Of a DNA stretch of 64,000 bases, positions 38,160-52,002 are shown in pieces. The notes under the pieces were generated by a model. It had not been told where the DNA came from, did no database searches, and saw only the letters and a program-made list of their open reading frames with translations. How positions within the stretch are numbered: the first letter of the stretch is position 1; the number at the start of each line of letters is the position of its first letter. The stretch comes from Octopus vulgaris (lineage: Eukaryota): NCBI GenBank assembly GCA_951406725.2, contig OX597831.1:71362001-71426000 (forward strand), in the 5' to 3' direction. The position numbers and the translations under genes were made by a program.

Positions 38160-39546
38160 ACCACCAGAACTAGAGAAGAAATTTCAGGCATAGAAGCAAG
38201 GTCTAAAGTCAAAGGGCCTTAGAGTTAATCTATCAAAATCAAAGTCTTAGTAAGTAGGAGAGCAGACAAATCACAAATTTCTTCGCGTAGATGGCCTTGC
38301 TCGATCTACAGATAAGGCATAGGTATTAACTCCATAAGATGTACTCTGTGTAAGTTATGGACACATAAGAGGTGCAGCAATATTAGAGGAATGTTAACAG
38401 GGAAAATAGTTTTTGTGTGTGGAAGGTGCACAGGTACAATTAACACTAAAAATGTACAGAAAATAGACTCCATCAAATGCCAGAGGGGTAAACTAGAAGT
38501 AGTTGGTAGCTTCCATTACCTAGGTGACCAAATCAGTAGCAGAGGTGAATGCTCCAAGAGCATAGCTGCTAGAATAAGAATAGGTTTGGCAAAATTCAGA
38601 TAGCTACTACCTTTGTTGATGACAAAGGGCCTTAGAGTGAAAGGCATATTGAACAATGCCTGTGTGCAAACAGCTTTGCTACATGGCAGTGAAACATGGG
38701 CTGTGACTGCTGAAGACATGTGTAGGCTTGAAAGAAAGGAAGCTTCGCTGGATGTGCAATGTCAGTGTGCATGCACAACTAAATGTAAGCTTCTTGAGAG
38801 AAAAGTTGAGCATAAGAGGCATCAGATGTGGTGCGCATGAGAGATGACTGTGCTGGTATGGTCATGTGATGTGTATGGACATGGACAGCTGTGTGAAGAA
38901 GTACCGATCTCTGAAGGTGGAGGGAACCTATGGAAGAGGTAGACCCAGGAAGACATGGGATGAGGTGGTGAAGCATGACTTTTGAATGTTGAACCTCATA
39001 GAGGAAATGACAAGTGACTGAGACCTTTGGTGATATGCTGCGCTTGAGAAGACCCACGAAGCCAAGTGAAACCACTATCATGACCTATGTCAGTGTTGCA
39101 TAACTGGCACTCATGCCAGTGGCACATAAAAAGCTCCCTTTGAACACTGAGCGATATGCTGTTCTTGGAAAGACTCATCAAGCCAAGTGAAATTGTAGTC
39201 GTGGCCGATGACAGTGTCATGTAACTGGCAACTGTGCCGGTGGCACATAAAAATCACCCTTCAGACTTTGGGCATTACAGAGGCAGTGACTGAAACCTTT
39301 GACAATATACTGTACTTGAGAAGACCAGTGAGGCCAAGCGAGATCACAGTCATGGCTGATGTTGGTGTTTGATAAGTGGCACGTAAAAAACGCCCACTTA
39401 CACTCTTGGAGTGGTTGGCATTGGGATGGGCATCCAGCCGTCCGTAGAACCCATGCCATATCAGATTGGAACTTGGTGCTGCTCTCCAGCTTACCAGTTT
39501 TCAGTCAAACCATCCAATCCATGCTAGCACGGAAGACGAATGTTAA

Positions 39547-39577
<31 letters not shown>
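38160..39577 (+). mobile_element. RTE-clade LINE, 5'-truncated and decayed, with repeated 3' UTR and (GAT)n tail
   Basis: Peptides GLRVNLSK.KVL, KLEVVGSFHYLGDQIS..IAARIRIG.AKFR, LLHGSETWAVT, L.WYGHV, GRGRPRKTW.EVV match the RTE C-terminal region. Confidence 0.88.
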
Positions 39578-39608
39578 CATATATACATATATTTATTTAT
39601 ATATAAAT

Positions 39609-39641
<33 letters not shown>

Positions 39642-39681
39642 CATATACATATATATCATCATCTTTTAACATCCATTTTAT

Positions 39682-40962
<1,281 letters not shown>

Positions 40963-41369
40963 TTCTGTGTGTGTGTGTGTGTATTTATGTATGTGTGTCT
41001 TTGTGTTTGTGTTTTATCTCCAACTGTGACTTGCCCAGTCAATGCTGGTTTATTTGTATCTCCATAACTTGGTTTGGCAAAAGAGACTGATAAAATAAGT
41101 ACCGTTTGAGGTGGTGCTCCAGTATGACCACAGTACAATGACTGAAACAAGTAAAAGAAAAATATATCAGGTTGGTCCAAATAAAAAAAGTTGATAGCTT
41201 TTAACCATCAACTTTAAAACAATAAATCTCAGCTCAATATAAATTTTACTTATTGAAATAATATTTAAAATCTGTACATTTTTTCCAACATGGTACATAT
41301 CTATTTATTCCAGTAACAGGGTTTTGGAGTTGTTCTTTAAAGTATTTTTAACTGATGCTTACACTAATA

Positions 41370-41540
41370 GGCGCAGGAGTGGCTGTGTGGTAAGTGGCTT
41401 GCTTACCAATCACATGGTTCCGGGTTCAATCCCACTGCGTGGCATCTTGGGCAAATGTCTTCTGTTATAGCCCCGGGCCGACCAATGCCTTGTGAGTGGA
41501 TTTGGTAGACGGAAACTGAAAGAAGCCTGTCGTATATATG

Positions 41541-41573
<33 letters not shown>

Positions 41574-41772
41574 GTTTGTGTGTCTGTGTTTGTCCCCGAT
41601 GCTGGTGTGTTTACGTCCCCGTCACTTAGCGGTTCGGCAAAAGAGACCGATAGAATAAGTACTGGGCTTACAAAAGAATAAGTCCTGGGGTCGAGATGCT
41701 CGACTGGGGGCGGTGCTCCAACATGGCCGCAGTCAGATGACTGAAACAAGTAAAAGAGTAAAAGAAAGAGAG
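41370..41772 (+). mobile_element. SINE family A
   Basis: Near full-length copy. Confidence 0.9.
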
Positions 41773-41934
41773 TAATAATAAAAGATATATTAAAGAAATC
41801 ACTGTAAACGTCCATCATATTTTGGATAAATGCTTGTAATGAGAAATAAACCTTTGGATAAAATTTTAAATCAAATGAATGCAGGTGTGGCTGCATGCTA
41901 AGAAGTCTGCATCCCCACTACATGGTGTTAGGTT

Positions 41935-42850
41935 GTTCAAGCCGTTTTGTAGAAATCTATCTATAGGCTTAAAGATAGTGGTAGTCAGTAGGAAAGAGGT
42001 CTGGTGACTAAGTTGGATGAGGAAGAGTTTTTTTTTGTAGCCCAGTTCTCTCAATTTCTGTAGTCATTTGTGTAGTATGTAGACGGGTGAGGGCGCGTGG
42101 CTTAGTGGTTAGGGCATTCAGCTCATGATCGTAAGGTTGTGAGTTCGATTCCCGGCGACGTGTTGTGTCCTTGAGCAAGACACTTTATTTCATGTTCCTC
42201 CAGTCTACTCAGCTGGCAAAAATGAGTTGTACCTGTATTTCAAAAGGGCCAGCCTTGTCACACTGTGTGTCATGCTGAATCTCCTTGCAAACTACGTTAA
42301 GGGTACGCATGTCTGTGGAGTACTCAGCCACTTGCACGTTAATTTCACGAGCAAGCTGTTCTGTTGATCATATCAGCTGGGACTCTCGTCATCGTAACTG
42401 GCGGAGTGCTCCTATATGTAGACAGGGATTGCAATAAAAAGAATTGATCCTTTTCACCAGATCAGTTCTGAATGTAAACTGTTGCTGTTCTTGGTGCATT
42501 TCAATTATTATACTTGGCAATACTCCTTCTTCTATTATGATGGTTTCATTGGGATTCCAGAAATAGCAGTGGATGATTCCACTTATCAACCACCAAGACT
42601 GACTGTAGCCTTTTAATGTAGTTCTTTCTGGTTCTTCACCTTGGTTGAGCTACTGCTTGGAATGCCACTGGTTGTCATAAAGAATTTATTTTTGATTTCA
42701 CAATGCAATCAAGAAATACATATTTTTTAATGGGCTGAAGAAATGCTGAGCAAACTTCATAGCAGTTATTTTTGTATACATTTACTTGGTTTAATTGTTT
42801 TTGATTGTCCAGTGTGGTGCGGCTGTAGAATGACCAATGTTTTATTTTGC
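41935..42850 (-). mobile_element. Decayed mariner transposase, split by a family D SINE
   Basis: Minus-strand peptides EVCSAFL..FLDCIV..LYDN, SGIIHCYF.NPNETI..EMHQE and LQKLRELGY..LPHPT*SPDLFPTDYH (degenerate YSPDL.P.DY). Confidence 0.75.
42088..42414 (+). mobile_element. SINE family D
   Basis: Matches 34305-34631; probable TSD TATGTAGAC(G/A)GG at 42076 and 42415. Confidence 0.9.
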
Positions 42851-42954
42851 ATGGGTCCACTTAAATCATGGTCCTCTGTAGGTTATTGCAGAAAATAATG
42901 CACAAGCTTCCTCAAGTCTCTTCTCACTAAACATATGAATTGTTTTTAATCAAT

Positions 42955-43333
42955 GGCGTAGGAGTGGCTGTGTGGTAAGTAGCTTGCTTATGAACCACAT
43001 GGTTCCAGGTTCAGTCCCACTTCGTATCACCTTGGGCAAATGTCTTCTACTATAGCCTCAATCCCGACCAAAGCCTTGTGAGTGGATTTGGTAGACAGAA
43101 ACTGAAAGAAGCCCGTCATATATATATGTATGTTTGTGTGTTTGTTTGTACCCCCAACATCACTTGACAACCGATGCTGGTGTGTTTACGTCCCTGTAAC
43201 TTAGCAGTTTGGCAAAAGATACCAATAGAATAAGTACTAGGCTTACAAAGAATAAGTCCTGGGGTCGATTTTGCTCGACTAAAGGCGGTGCTCCAGCATG
43301 GCCACAGTCACATGACTGAAACAAGTAAAAGAG
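42955..43333 (+). mobile_element. SINE family A
   Basis: Full-length copy; an isolated 3' fragment follows at ~43499-43585. Confidence 0.9.
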
Positions 43334-43719
43334 AATGTTTAGCTAAACATTTATTGAGATTCTCCTCATCTAAACGCTTGGTTGGTATTGAGTGCATTCC
43401 CAGTTTTGTGTTCTGTTTTGAACTCCTGCAACATTTGAATCATTTGAATTTACTTTTGTTTTTAATCTGACAGCATAAATTTAAAAATAAAATAAACAGT
43501 GTCCCAGGGTCAAGTTGCTCGATTAAAGGCGGTGCTCGAGCATGGCCGCAGTCAAATGACTGAAACAAGTAAAAGAGTAAAGAGTAATGTAAGTAGAGTC
43601 ATTAGCATAAATCAGTAGACCAAAATTTCCATCTCAAAATTTTATGTTACTTGAATATAGTTAAATGGAAGTTTATTCCAAGAGGGAATTAACATTTAAA
43701 ACTACAAAAAAAAAAAAAT

Positions 43720-44132
43720 GCAGGAGTGGCTGTGTGGTAAGTAGCTTGCTTACCAACCACATGGTTCCAGGTTCAGTCCCACTGCGTGGCATCTTGGGCA
43801 AGTGTCTTCTACTATAGCCTCGGGCCGACCAAAGCCTTGTGAGTGGATTTGGTAGACAGTAACTGAAAGAAGCCTGTTGTATATATATGTATATATATAT
43901 ATATGTATGTGCATGTGTGTTTGTGTGTCTGTGTTTGTCCCCCTAGCATTGCTTGTCAACCGATGCTGGTGTGTTTATGTCCCCGTCACTTAGTGGTTCG
44001 GCAAAACAGACTGATAGAATAAGTACTGGGCTTACAAAGAATAAGTCCTGGGGTCGAGTTGCTCGATTAAAGGTGGTGCTCCAACATGGCCACAGTCAAA
44101 TGACTGAAACAAGTAAAAGAGTAAAAGAGAGA
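43720..44132 (+). mobile_element. SINE family A, ~135 bp upstream of exon C
   Basis: Near full-length copy. Confidence 0.9.
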
Positions 44133-44265
44133 GCAATTACTTTGGCACCAAATTAATATTGCGATAATTCTTGTTTGATTTTTTTGCTTGTCTCTTTGTT
44201 TTCTCTCTTCTGAGAAGAAATATGTTTTTCTTCACTGATTGTTCTCATCCTTTTTTTCTTAAAAG

Positions 44266-44443
44266 CTAAAAATAGCAGCCCAGTACAATGCAAGTGGAAT
44301 GATCTTGTACACAGACCCAGCAGACTTCAACATTGGTGAGAATAAAACATATCCAGATACATGGTGGCTACCTGAGCAGGCTGTGCAGAGAGGAACAGTG
44401 GGTGGTGATGGAGACTACTTGACACCATTATATCCCGCTACAG
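44266..44443 (+). CDS. NAALAD2/FOLH1-like: GCPII/NAALADase family gene, internal coding exon C (178 nt, phase 0/1)
   Basis: T-rich tract + AAAAG acceptor, CAG|GTAAAG donor. Translates LKIAAQYNASGMILYTDPADFNIGENKTYPDTWWLPEQAVQRGTVGGDGDYLTPLYPAT, matching GCPII [37 protein letters not shown]. Overlaps ORF 44299..44517. Confidence 0.95.
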
Positions 44444-44828
44444 GTAAAGTTATATGTGTGTGTGTGTGTGTGTCGATGAGAAAGAAAGTGGTGCAGATGG
44501 TTGAGAGCCTGACTTAGGAACTTTTTATTTAGCTTTTTCTCTTTTGTTTTCCTTGTTTAGATGGTTGAAATGTTGTTACTTTGATTTATTAGATCAACCA
44601 TGTTTACATCCTGATGTCCTTCTTACTGTTAACTACTAAATTTTAAAATAGAAAAGGAACATGGATTTTCAAACAAACTAAAGTCAGTTGTGTGCCCCTC
44701 TTAGAAGCACTATTTCATGGCTGTAGTAAAATTTGAACTTAACTCTATGTGTTCAATAATCTATCACTTTTGTAACCCTTAGAACTGATTAAGTCATCTG
44801 TTAACAGCCTTAAAACAAAATTACCATA

Positions 44829-44999
44829 GCACAGGAGTGGCTGTGTGCTAACCAACCACATGGTTCCGGGTTCAGTCCCACTGCGTGGCATCTTGGGCAA
44901 GTGTCTTCTGCTATAGCCCCGGGCCGACCAATGCCTTGTGAGTGGATTTGGTAGACGGAAACTGAATGAAGCCTGTCGTATATATGTATATATATATAT

Positions 45000-45046
<47 letters not shown>

Positions 45047-45255
45047 TGTGTGTCTGTGTTTGTCCCCCTAGCATTGCTTGACAACCGATGCTGGTGTGTT
45101 TACGTCCCCGTCACTTAGCGGTTCGGCAAAAGAGACCGATAGAATAAGTACTGGGCTTACAAAGAATAAGTCATGGGGTCGATTTGCTCGACTAAAGGCG
45201 GTGCTCCAGCATGGCCACAGTCAAATGACTGAAACAAGTAAAAGAGTAAAAGAGT
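44829..45255 (+). mobile_element. SINE family A
   Basis: Near full-length copy. Confidence 0.9.
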
Positions 45256-46521
45256 ATAGCACACTTGAATTTATATTTAGTACGATTTTATACCGAGTTC
45301 AAACCCTATGAGGTTGACTTTACTTTTAATCTCCCTTGGATTGATTGCACAAGTCCCAGTAATATAGGGATTTTGATTTAGTTGACTTATATCCCTACTC
45401 TTCTAGAAACAAATCTGTCAAATCAAACAGAAAAAAATCAATATTATCATGATAGTATTGGTGGAATTGTTTGTTTTTTAAACAGATGTGTGGTTGAAGA
45501 CATACCAGCTATGACCTTCCCATCTGTTTCTTGGTCAGGGTGTATTTAAGACTTTCTTGTCTAATGTTTCCTTCATTTCAGGGGTAGTGAGGTGATTTTA
45601 GCTGCTATTTCTACAAGGTTAAGTGAGCAAATAGTGACTCTGACATTGATACAGATGATAGGTGGCAACACTGGACATGACATATTGGAATTTTGAACCA
45701 CTTACTAACTTTGATTCTGGCCAAAATGAATGTATAATTTATAACTTCTCTCAATCCAATTAGAGAACAAGGGCAAGTTGTATACTAGCATCAAATCAAT
45801 CCACAAAATCTTGATTTCATAAAGTATAAGCCTCTTAAAAAAGGGGAAAAATAACTATTCTCTTGGTAAACTCCAGGAGAAATATACCCCTAGTGCGTAT
45901 TTTTTTAGTTTGTAGAGGAGGTTATAACTGTAGCCTTTTCAATCACTTCTAAATTGAGGATTATAATAATTAGATGAAGTTAGAATGGTTAGTGCAGTTT
46001 GAATTTATGGTGGCTAGTGGCTGCAGAGAAAGCAGGGAAAAGAAGAAAGTTTCAAAGAGATATAGTTCTAAGAAAAACAGAATGGAAAATGTATTTCAAC
46101 TGGGTTTATTATTGTGGTACAAGAGCTGTGGAAAGTAGTTAGTTTCCATAGTAGCTTTTAAATGTGGTGTGTATAGAGTTAGTAACCTCATGGGTGTAAA
46201 TACTAATATGATATAAAAATGGATCTTTATCAGTTTTAGCAATAAGTATTTGTCTGTTTGATCAACTGAGTTACTTGCTTATTGAATTATGGTGAAAGAG
46301 GCTGACAATGCCACAGATATTCTAATTTTGAAGTTGAATTAGTGTTACATTGTATGACAAAGCTGACTGAATCTTTAAATTACAAGTTTAATCCTCCTGA
46401 TAGCTTTCTAAACACCCAATTTTATTCACAAGGCTTGAGGCTATAGTAAAATACACTTGTCCAAGAAGCCATACAATTGGTTCAAACATAGGACTCTGTG
46501 ATTGCAAAACAAACTCCTTAA

Positions 46522-46740
46522 CCCTTTCGTTACCAACCCAGCTGAAACTGGCTCTGGCTCTGAGTACAAATGTCTTATTTTCATAAGTTTTGAATTAAAA
46601 TCTTCCACCAAACTTTAGTCACAATTTATGTTCCTAACACTAGCTAATGATAACCAAGTTATTTTACTAAATTCTTTGTTATATTTAAAGTAATTGAAAA
46701 AAACACTGAGCATCTCAAAATAAATACGGTAACGAAAGGG
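46522..46740. mobile_element. piggyBac-like MITE, copy 3 (best preserved)
   Basis: TTAA 46518-46521 and 46741-46744; perfect 13-bp TIR CCCTTTCGTTACC / GGTAACGAAAGGG. Confidence 0.92.
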
Positions 46741-47740
46741 TTAACCCTTTAGCCAGATATATATTTAGAGAAATATTTTAATCAGATAGATTGTCTTTTA
46801 GGATTGTGAGCACTGAATTTAAATATTGTTATTTAGATCAAGTATGCAGTGAACAAATGACTCTGGAATCAAAGTCATTTCAACCACATCTTCCTTCCTT
46901 TTATCAAAGCATATTATACCCCCAGACTATTTTATCCAATGTTTTCTTTTTTTAGGTTATTAGGATATGGTGTTGGAATGATTTGGTTGCTATTTCTAAT
47001 TATTCAAACAGTCACATGGGAGCTCCATCATTGGATGTTTAAAGCAGTCACCCTTGATGTGTGATCAATATCCACATCAAGGGTGGCTGCAAAATAGGAT
47101 GTATTTAATATCTTGAACAGGGTTCAGGCTATTTCCTTTTACTTTTGCTGCTATTGCTTTTGTGAAAGCTAAGACCTGAAATAACTTCATTTTCTATTCC
47201 TAGAGGTGAAATGGAGATAGTCTTTTTCTTTCTGTTTCATCCTCTCTGGTCTGTAAATCTAGGCCTTTGTGCTCTCACGAAGAAGATGTCTTTTAGGCTG
47301 CTTCCTTTCTTTTTGTATCCAGAGTTTATCCATTTTTTTTTTTTTTTTTCCTCTCCCAGATTTTTTTTTCAGTATATTTGTTCCAACAACTCTGCCTTTC
47401 ACCCAGCCAGATGTTACCATAAGTGTAAAACTACAACAGTAAAAACAACAGAAACTGTAGTAGTGATGGTGATGGTGGTCATGGTCGTGCTGGGGGTGTA
47501 TAAATCAATAGGATTTATTGATAAATTCAAGAACAGATTTGTGTGTTGTCTATTCAGCAAGACTCACTCACATTCATGTGTCTATTCAGCAAAGCCCATT
47601 TACAGGCACATTCAGATTTATAGATATATAAACAGATACATGCATACATTTATACATAAACATTCATACACACGCAATCGGAAATATGCAAATAAACTTT
47701 CGTGTATGCATACAAACATATACATATGTATACACACACA

Positions 47741-47787
<47 letters not shown>

Positions 47788-48526
47788 TAAACCAGAAGTG
47801 AGAGAGAGAGTGGAATAGAAAAAAGAAATAAAGATGGTGAGAGAAAGAAAAGCTAATATTAGGAAGAAAAAGAAAGGAAGAGAATTTGAAAGAAAGACAA
47901 GATGGATAAAACAATTTCATATTCATAAATATTTACAGCAAATCTGAGGAAATTTGAACATTTATTCCAAATGTGATTCTTCCCATAGATTCTGTGAGTG
48001 TTTTCTGTCTATCTCTTATCTTTGCTTTCTGTAGAAGCACCTTAGCTAAAATAAACAATGCTTGTGAATCCAGACATATTCTCCAGGCAGAACCGTTTTA
48101 TTTTATTCATTTTTCTGGTACCTTTACTCTTTTACACTCTACTCTTTCATTTTTTTCTCATTCACTGGAATATAGCCATGCTGGAGCACCACCTCAAGTG
48201 GTTTCTATTTGATCATATCAACTCATGTCTAATGTATAATTTAGTGATCTCTTTTTATCACACTTTTTAGTTACGGGATATAAACAGGGAAAACGTTTTT
48301 TTAAAATAGTGTTAACAAACAGACAGACATGGAGATAAACATATGTATACACACACATGTAAGTGTACATACACATGGAGGCATGCATGTGCATACACAT
48401 CTGTACATGTCTATATATCATCAGTATCATTTTATCATCCATTTTCCCGTTCGTACACACACCATATATATATAAGATATAGAGATACAAACCAATACCA
48501 GCTTAAAATTTAGACACTAAATGATG

Positions 48527-48563
<37 letters not shown>

Positions 48564-48609
48564 AGTGCATGTGTAGGATGGTTAAAGTGGTGTACAGGTT
48601 TGATATATT

Positions 48610-48822
48610 CTTTTCTACTCTAAGCACAAGGCCCAAAATTTTTGGGGAAAGGGCCAGTCAATTAGATCAACCCCGGTCGCAACTGGTACTTAATTTATCA
48701 ACCCCGAAAAGTTGAAAGGCAAAGTCGACCTCGGTGGAATTTGAACTCAGAATGTAAAGACAGACGAAATACTGCAAAGCATTTCGTCCGGTGTGCTAAT
48801 GTTTCTACTAGTTCACCGCCTT
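48610..48822 (-). mobile_element. SINE family B variant with a different 3' tail
   Basis: Family B head and core, but tail GGCCCTTTCCCCAAAAATTTTGGGCCTTGTGCTTAGAGTAG. Confidence 0.8.
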
Positions 48823-49252
48823 ACAGGTTTTATATATTAAGAAAAAGAAAGTAGCCAAGATTTGGATAAAGACTATTTATTTGGCACTTTTATCACTTTG
48901 GGGGATTCATCAACCATCCCAGAAAAACACCCCTTTCTTTCTTTTTCTTCTTTCTTTCATTCTTTCTTTTCTCTCTCTCTCTCTCAACAAGACTCCAAAA
49001 ATTTGCCACACACACATGCTTACACTCACATATCTACACACACATATATGCATACATGTATAGATTCAAAATAACAAAGAACTTCTCCTCTACTTCCCAA
49101 AATATCTTCTTTCCAAAACCCACGAAAACAAACTCAACTCCAGATTTTTAATTTGCTACAAAAATGATTATCCATAATGAATCCCTCAAAGGGATAAAAG
49201 TTCTAAATAAATTGTTTTTATCCAAATCCTGAACACCTTTTTCTTAATATAT

Positions 49253-49283
<31 letters not shown>

Positions 49284-49703
49284 GACGCAGTAGTGGCTGT
49301 GTAGTAAGTAGCTTGTTTACCAACCACATGGTTCCGGGTTCAGTCCCACTGTGTGGTATCTTGGGCAAGTGTCTTCTGCTATAGCCCCAGGCTGACCAAT
49401 GCCTTGTGAGTGGATTTGGTAGATGGAAACTGAAAGAAGCATGTCGTATATATGTATATATATATATATAAGTGTATGTGTTTGTGTGTCTGTGTTTGTC
49501 TCCGTAGCATTGCTTGATAACCGATGCTGGTGTGTTTATGTCCCCGTTACTTAGTGGTTTGGCAAAAGAGACCAATAGAATAAGTACTGGGCTTACAAAA
49601 GAATAAGTCCCGGGGTCGAGTTGTTCGATTAAAGGCGGTGCTCCAGCATGGCCGCAGTCAAATGACTGAAACAAGTAAAAGAGTAAAAGAGAGAGTAAAG
49701 AGT
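49284..49703 (+). mobile_element. SINE family A
   Basis: Full-length copy. Confidence 0.9.
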
Positions 49704-50147
49704 ATATATATATATATATATATATATTACAGTAAATATTTTTAGCATGGAAGGATATATATATATATGTATATCCATAGCAGGCTTGCACCCAGTTTCT
49801 ATTTACTAATTTCAATCTTAGAGAAAGGCTACAGAAGTGGTCAGTTGTCCAAAATGCCTTGCCATGGAACTGAAAGTGATATCATGTGGTTGTGAGTGGA
49901 ATTTCTTAGCCACACTGTTACACCCACTCCAATGCTAATGAAAATAGTAGAACATGAATTGTTGACCTCTCTGCTATAATTTTCTTTTTTTCCCCCAATA
50001 GTCTATTGATCAGCTGCTTATGTAACCCAATAGTTTTGTCTACCTAGCTCTATGTCTGGCCACCAAATCACGGAATTTTATAACAGCAGTGACAATAGGA
50101 TCTTCTGATAGTTCGCATTGATGACCAAATTCAATTTCTCTTGCTGG

Positions 50148-50692
50148 TATCATCATCATCATCATCATCGTTTAACGTCTGTTTTCCACGCTAGCACGGG
50201 TTGGACGGTTCGACCGGGGTCTAGGAAGCCAGGGGCTGCACCAGGCTCCAGTCTGATCTGGCAGAGTTTCTACAGCTGGATGCCCTTCCTAACGCCAACC
50301 ACTCCGCGAGCTGGCATCGGCCACGTTCGGATGGTGCTTTTTACGTGCCACCTGCACAGGTGCTAGGGGTCCGGCATCAGCCATGATCGGTTGGAGCTTT
50401 TAACGTGCTACCGGCACTGGAGCCAGTCGAGGCAGTGCTGGCATCGGCCACGTTCGGACGATGCTTTTTATGTGCCACCGGCACAGAAGCCAGTCAGAGC
50501 GGCGCTGGCATCGGCCACATTCGGATGGTGCTTTTTATGTGCCACTGGCACAGAAGCCAGTCGGGGCGGCGCTGGCATCGGCCACGTTCAGATGATGCTT
50601 TTTATGTGCTACCGGCACAGAAGCCAGTCGAGTCGGCGCTGACTACGGCCACGTTCGGATGGTGCTTTTTATGTGCCACCGGCACAGGTATG
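50148..50692 (-). mobile_element. RTE-LINE 3'-tail-type repeat with about six internal 60-70-bp tandem units
   Basis: Repeats of GGCATCGGCCACGTTCGGATGGTGCTTTTTATGTGCCACCGGCACAGAAGCCAGTC after an (ATC)n tail; CpG-rich, so probably young. Confidence 0.85.
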
Positions 50693-51017
50693 GGCAGGAG
50701 AAATGCTGGATTCTCATCCATGTCATCTTTATACCCTAATACCATTGTATCATGAAATTGCCATGGTCTCTCCTTCTCACAGATAAATTGTCTCAGTTTT
50801 GCATGAATTTTTATATATATATATATATATTTCTTTTTATACATGTTGGTTTGAATTTCAGCACTCGCCTTAAAAATTTAGTCTTCTCACATTTTAAGTA
50901 ATCAGTAGAGTAATAGAATTTCTGCATTTCATTCAAGCCCTTTGAGAACAACCCATTAGATAGAGTTTACTTCATTTTTATTTCATTTTCAATTGTAGTT
51001 TAAATCTACACAACTGT

Positions 51018-51463
51018 ATGTACATACACACATGCATACATACACACATACACATCACATGCACACACACACACACACCACATACACATCACATGCACAC
51101 ATACACATCACATGCACACACACACACACATACACACACATACACATCACATGCACACACACACACACACACACACACATGCACACATACACATCACATG
51201 CACACACACATACACATCACATGCACACACACATACACACACATACACATCACATGCACACACATATACACATCACATATACACACACACACATACACAT
51301 CACATACACACACACATACACACACACATACACATGCACACACACACACACACACACACATACACACACATGCACACACACACATACACAGACATGCACA
51401 CACACACATACACATAACATGCACACATGCACATCACATGCACACACGCACACACACACACAC
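51018..51463. repeat. Complex CA-rich repeat with recurring CATACACATCACATGCA units
   Basis: Direct reading; ends ~60 bp upstream of exon D. Confidence 0.92.
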
Positions 51464-51522
51464 GTATTTTTAAATATATATATTGAATTTTGTAATTGAA
51501 ATGTCTTGTAATTCTCTTGCAG

Positions 51523-51619
51523 AAGACGCATATCGGATAAGTTTGGCTGAAGCCAGAAAGCTGTTACCAAAAATACCTTGTCAACCCATTGGTTATGGTG
51601 ATGCCCAAGTATTATTATC
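51523..51619 (+). CDS. NAALAD2/FOLH1-like: GCPII/NAALADase family gene, internal coding exon D (97 nt, phase 1/2)
   Basis: TTGCAG acceptor, TC|GTAAGT donor; continues the phase-1 junction of exon C. Translates (E)DAYRISLAEARKLLPKIPCQPIGYGDAQVLL(S), matching GCPII EYAYR..LPSIPVHPIGYYDAQKLL. Confidence 0.94.
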
Positions 51620-51630
51620 GTAAGTAACAG

Positions 51631-52002
51631 CTCTCCCTCTCTCTCCTCTCTCCTTCTCTCTCCTCTGCATTTTAATTTTTCTTCTCTTCTCTCTCTCCCT
51701 TTTCCCTTTTTCGCTTCCCCTTCTCTTTTTCACTTTTTGTCCTGCTCTCCCTCACTCTCCACTCTCCCTCACTCTCCACTCTCCCTCCTCTCTCTCCTCT
51801 GCATTTTAATTGTTCTTCTCTCTCTCCCTTTTCCCTTTTTCGCTTCCCCTTCTCTTTTTCATTTTTTGTCCTGCTCTCCCTCTCTCTCCTCTCTCCTCTG
51901 CATTTTAATTTTTCTTCTCTCCTCTCTCTCCCTTTTCCCTTTTTCACTTCCCTTTCTCTTTTTCACTTTTCCCCCTCTCCCTCTCTCTCTCTCTCCTCTC
52001 CC
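51631..52002. repeat. Pyrimidine-rich higher-order repeat (3 units of ~105-140 bp)
   Basis: CTCTCCTCTGCATTTTAATT..CCTTTTCCCTTTTTC recurs at ~51658, ~51792 and ~51890. Confidence 0.9.

Noticed and set aside
44444-44517. C-terminal extension of ORF 44299..44517
   Set aside because: Read-through past the GT donor at 44444 into a TG repeat; homology stops at YPAT.
51018-51570. His/Thr-rich and Cys/Val-rich ORFs
   Set aside because: CA/TG microsatellite translations; likewise the YI, LSIY and poly-T/Y ORFs elsewhere.
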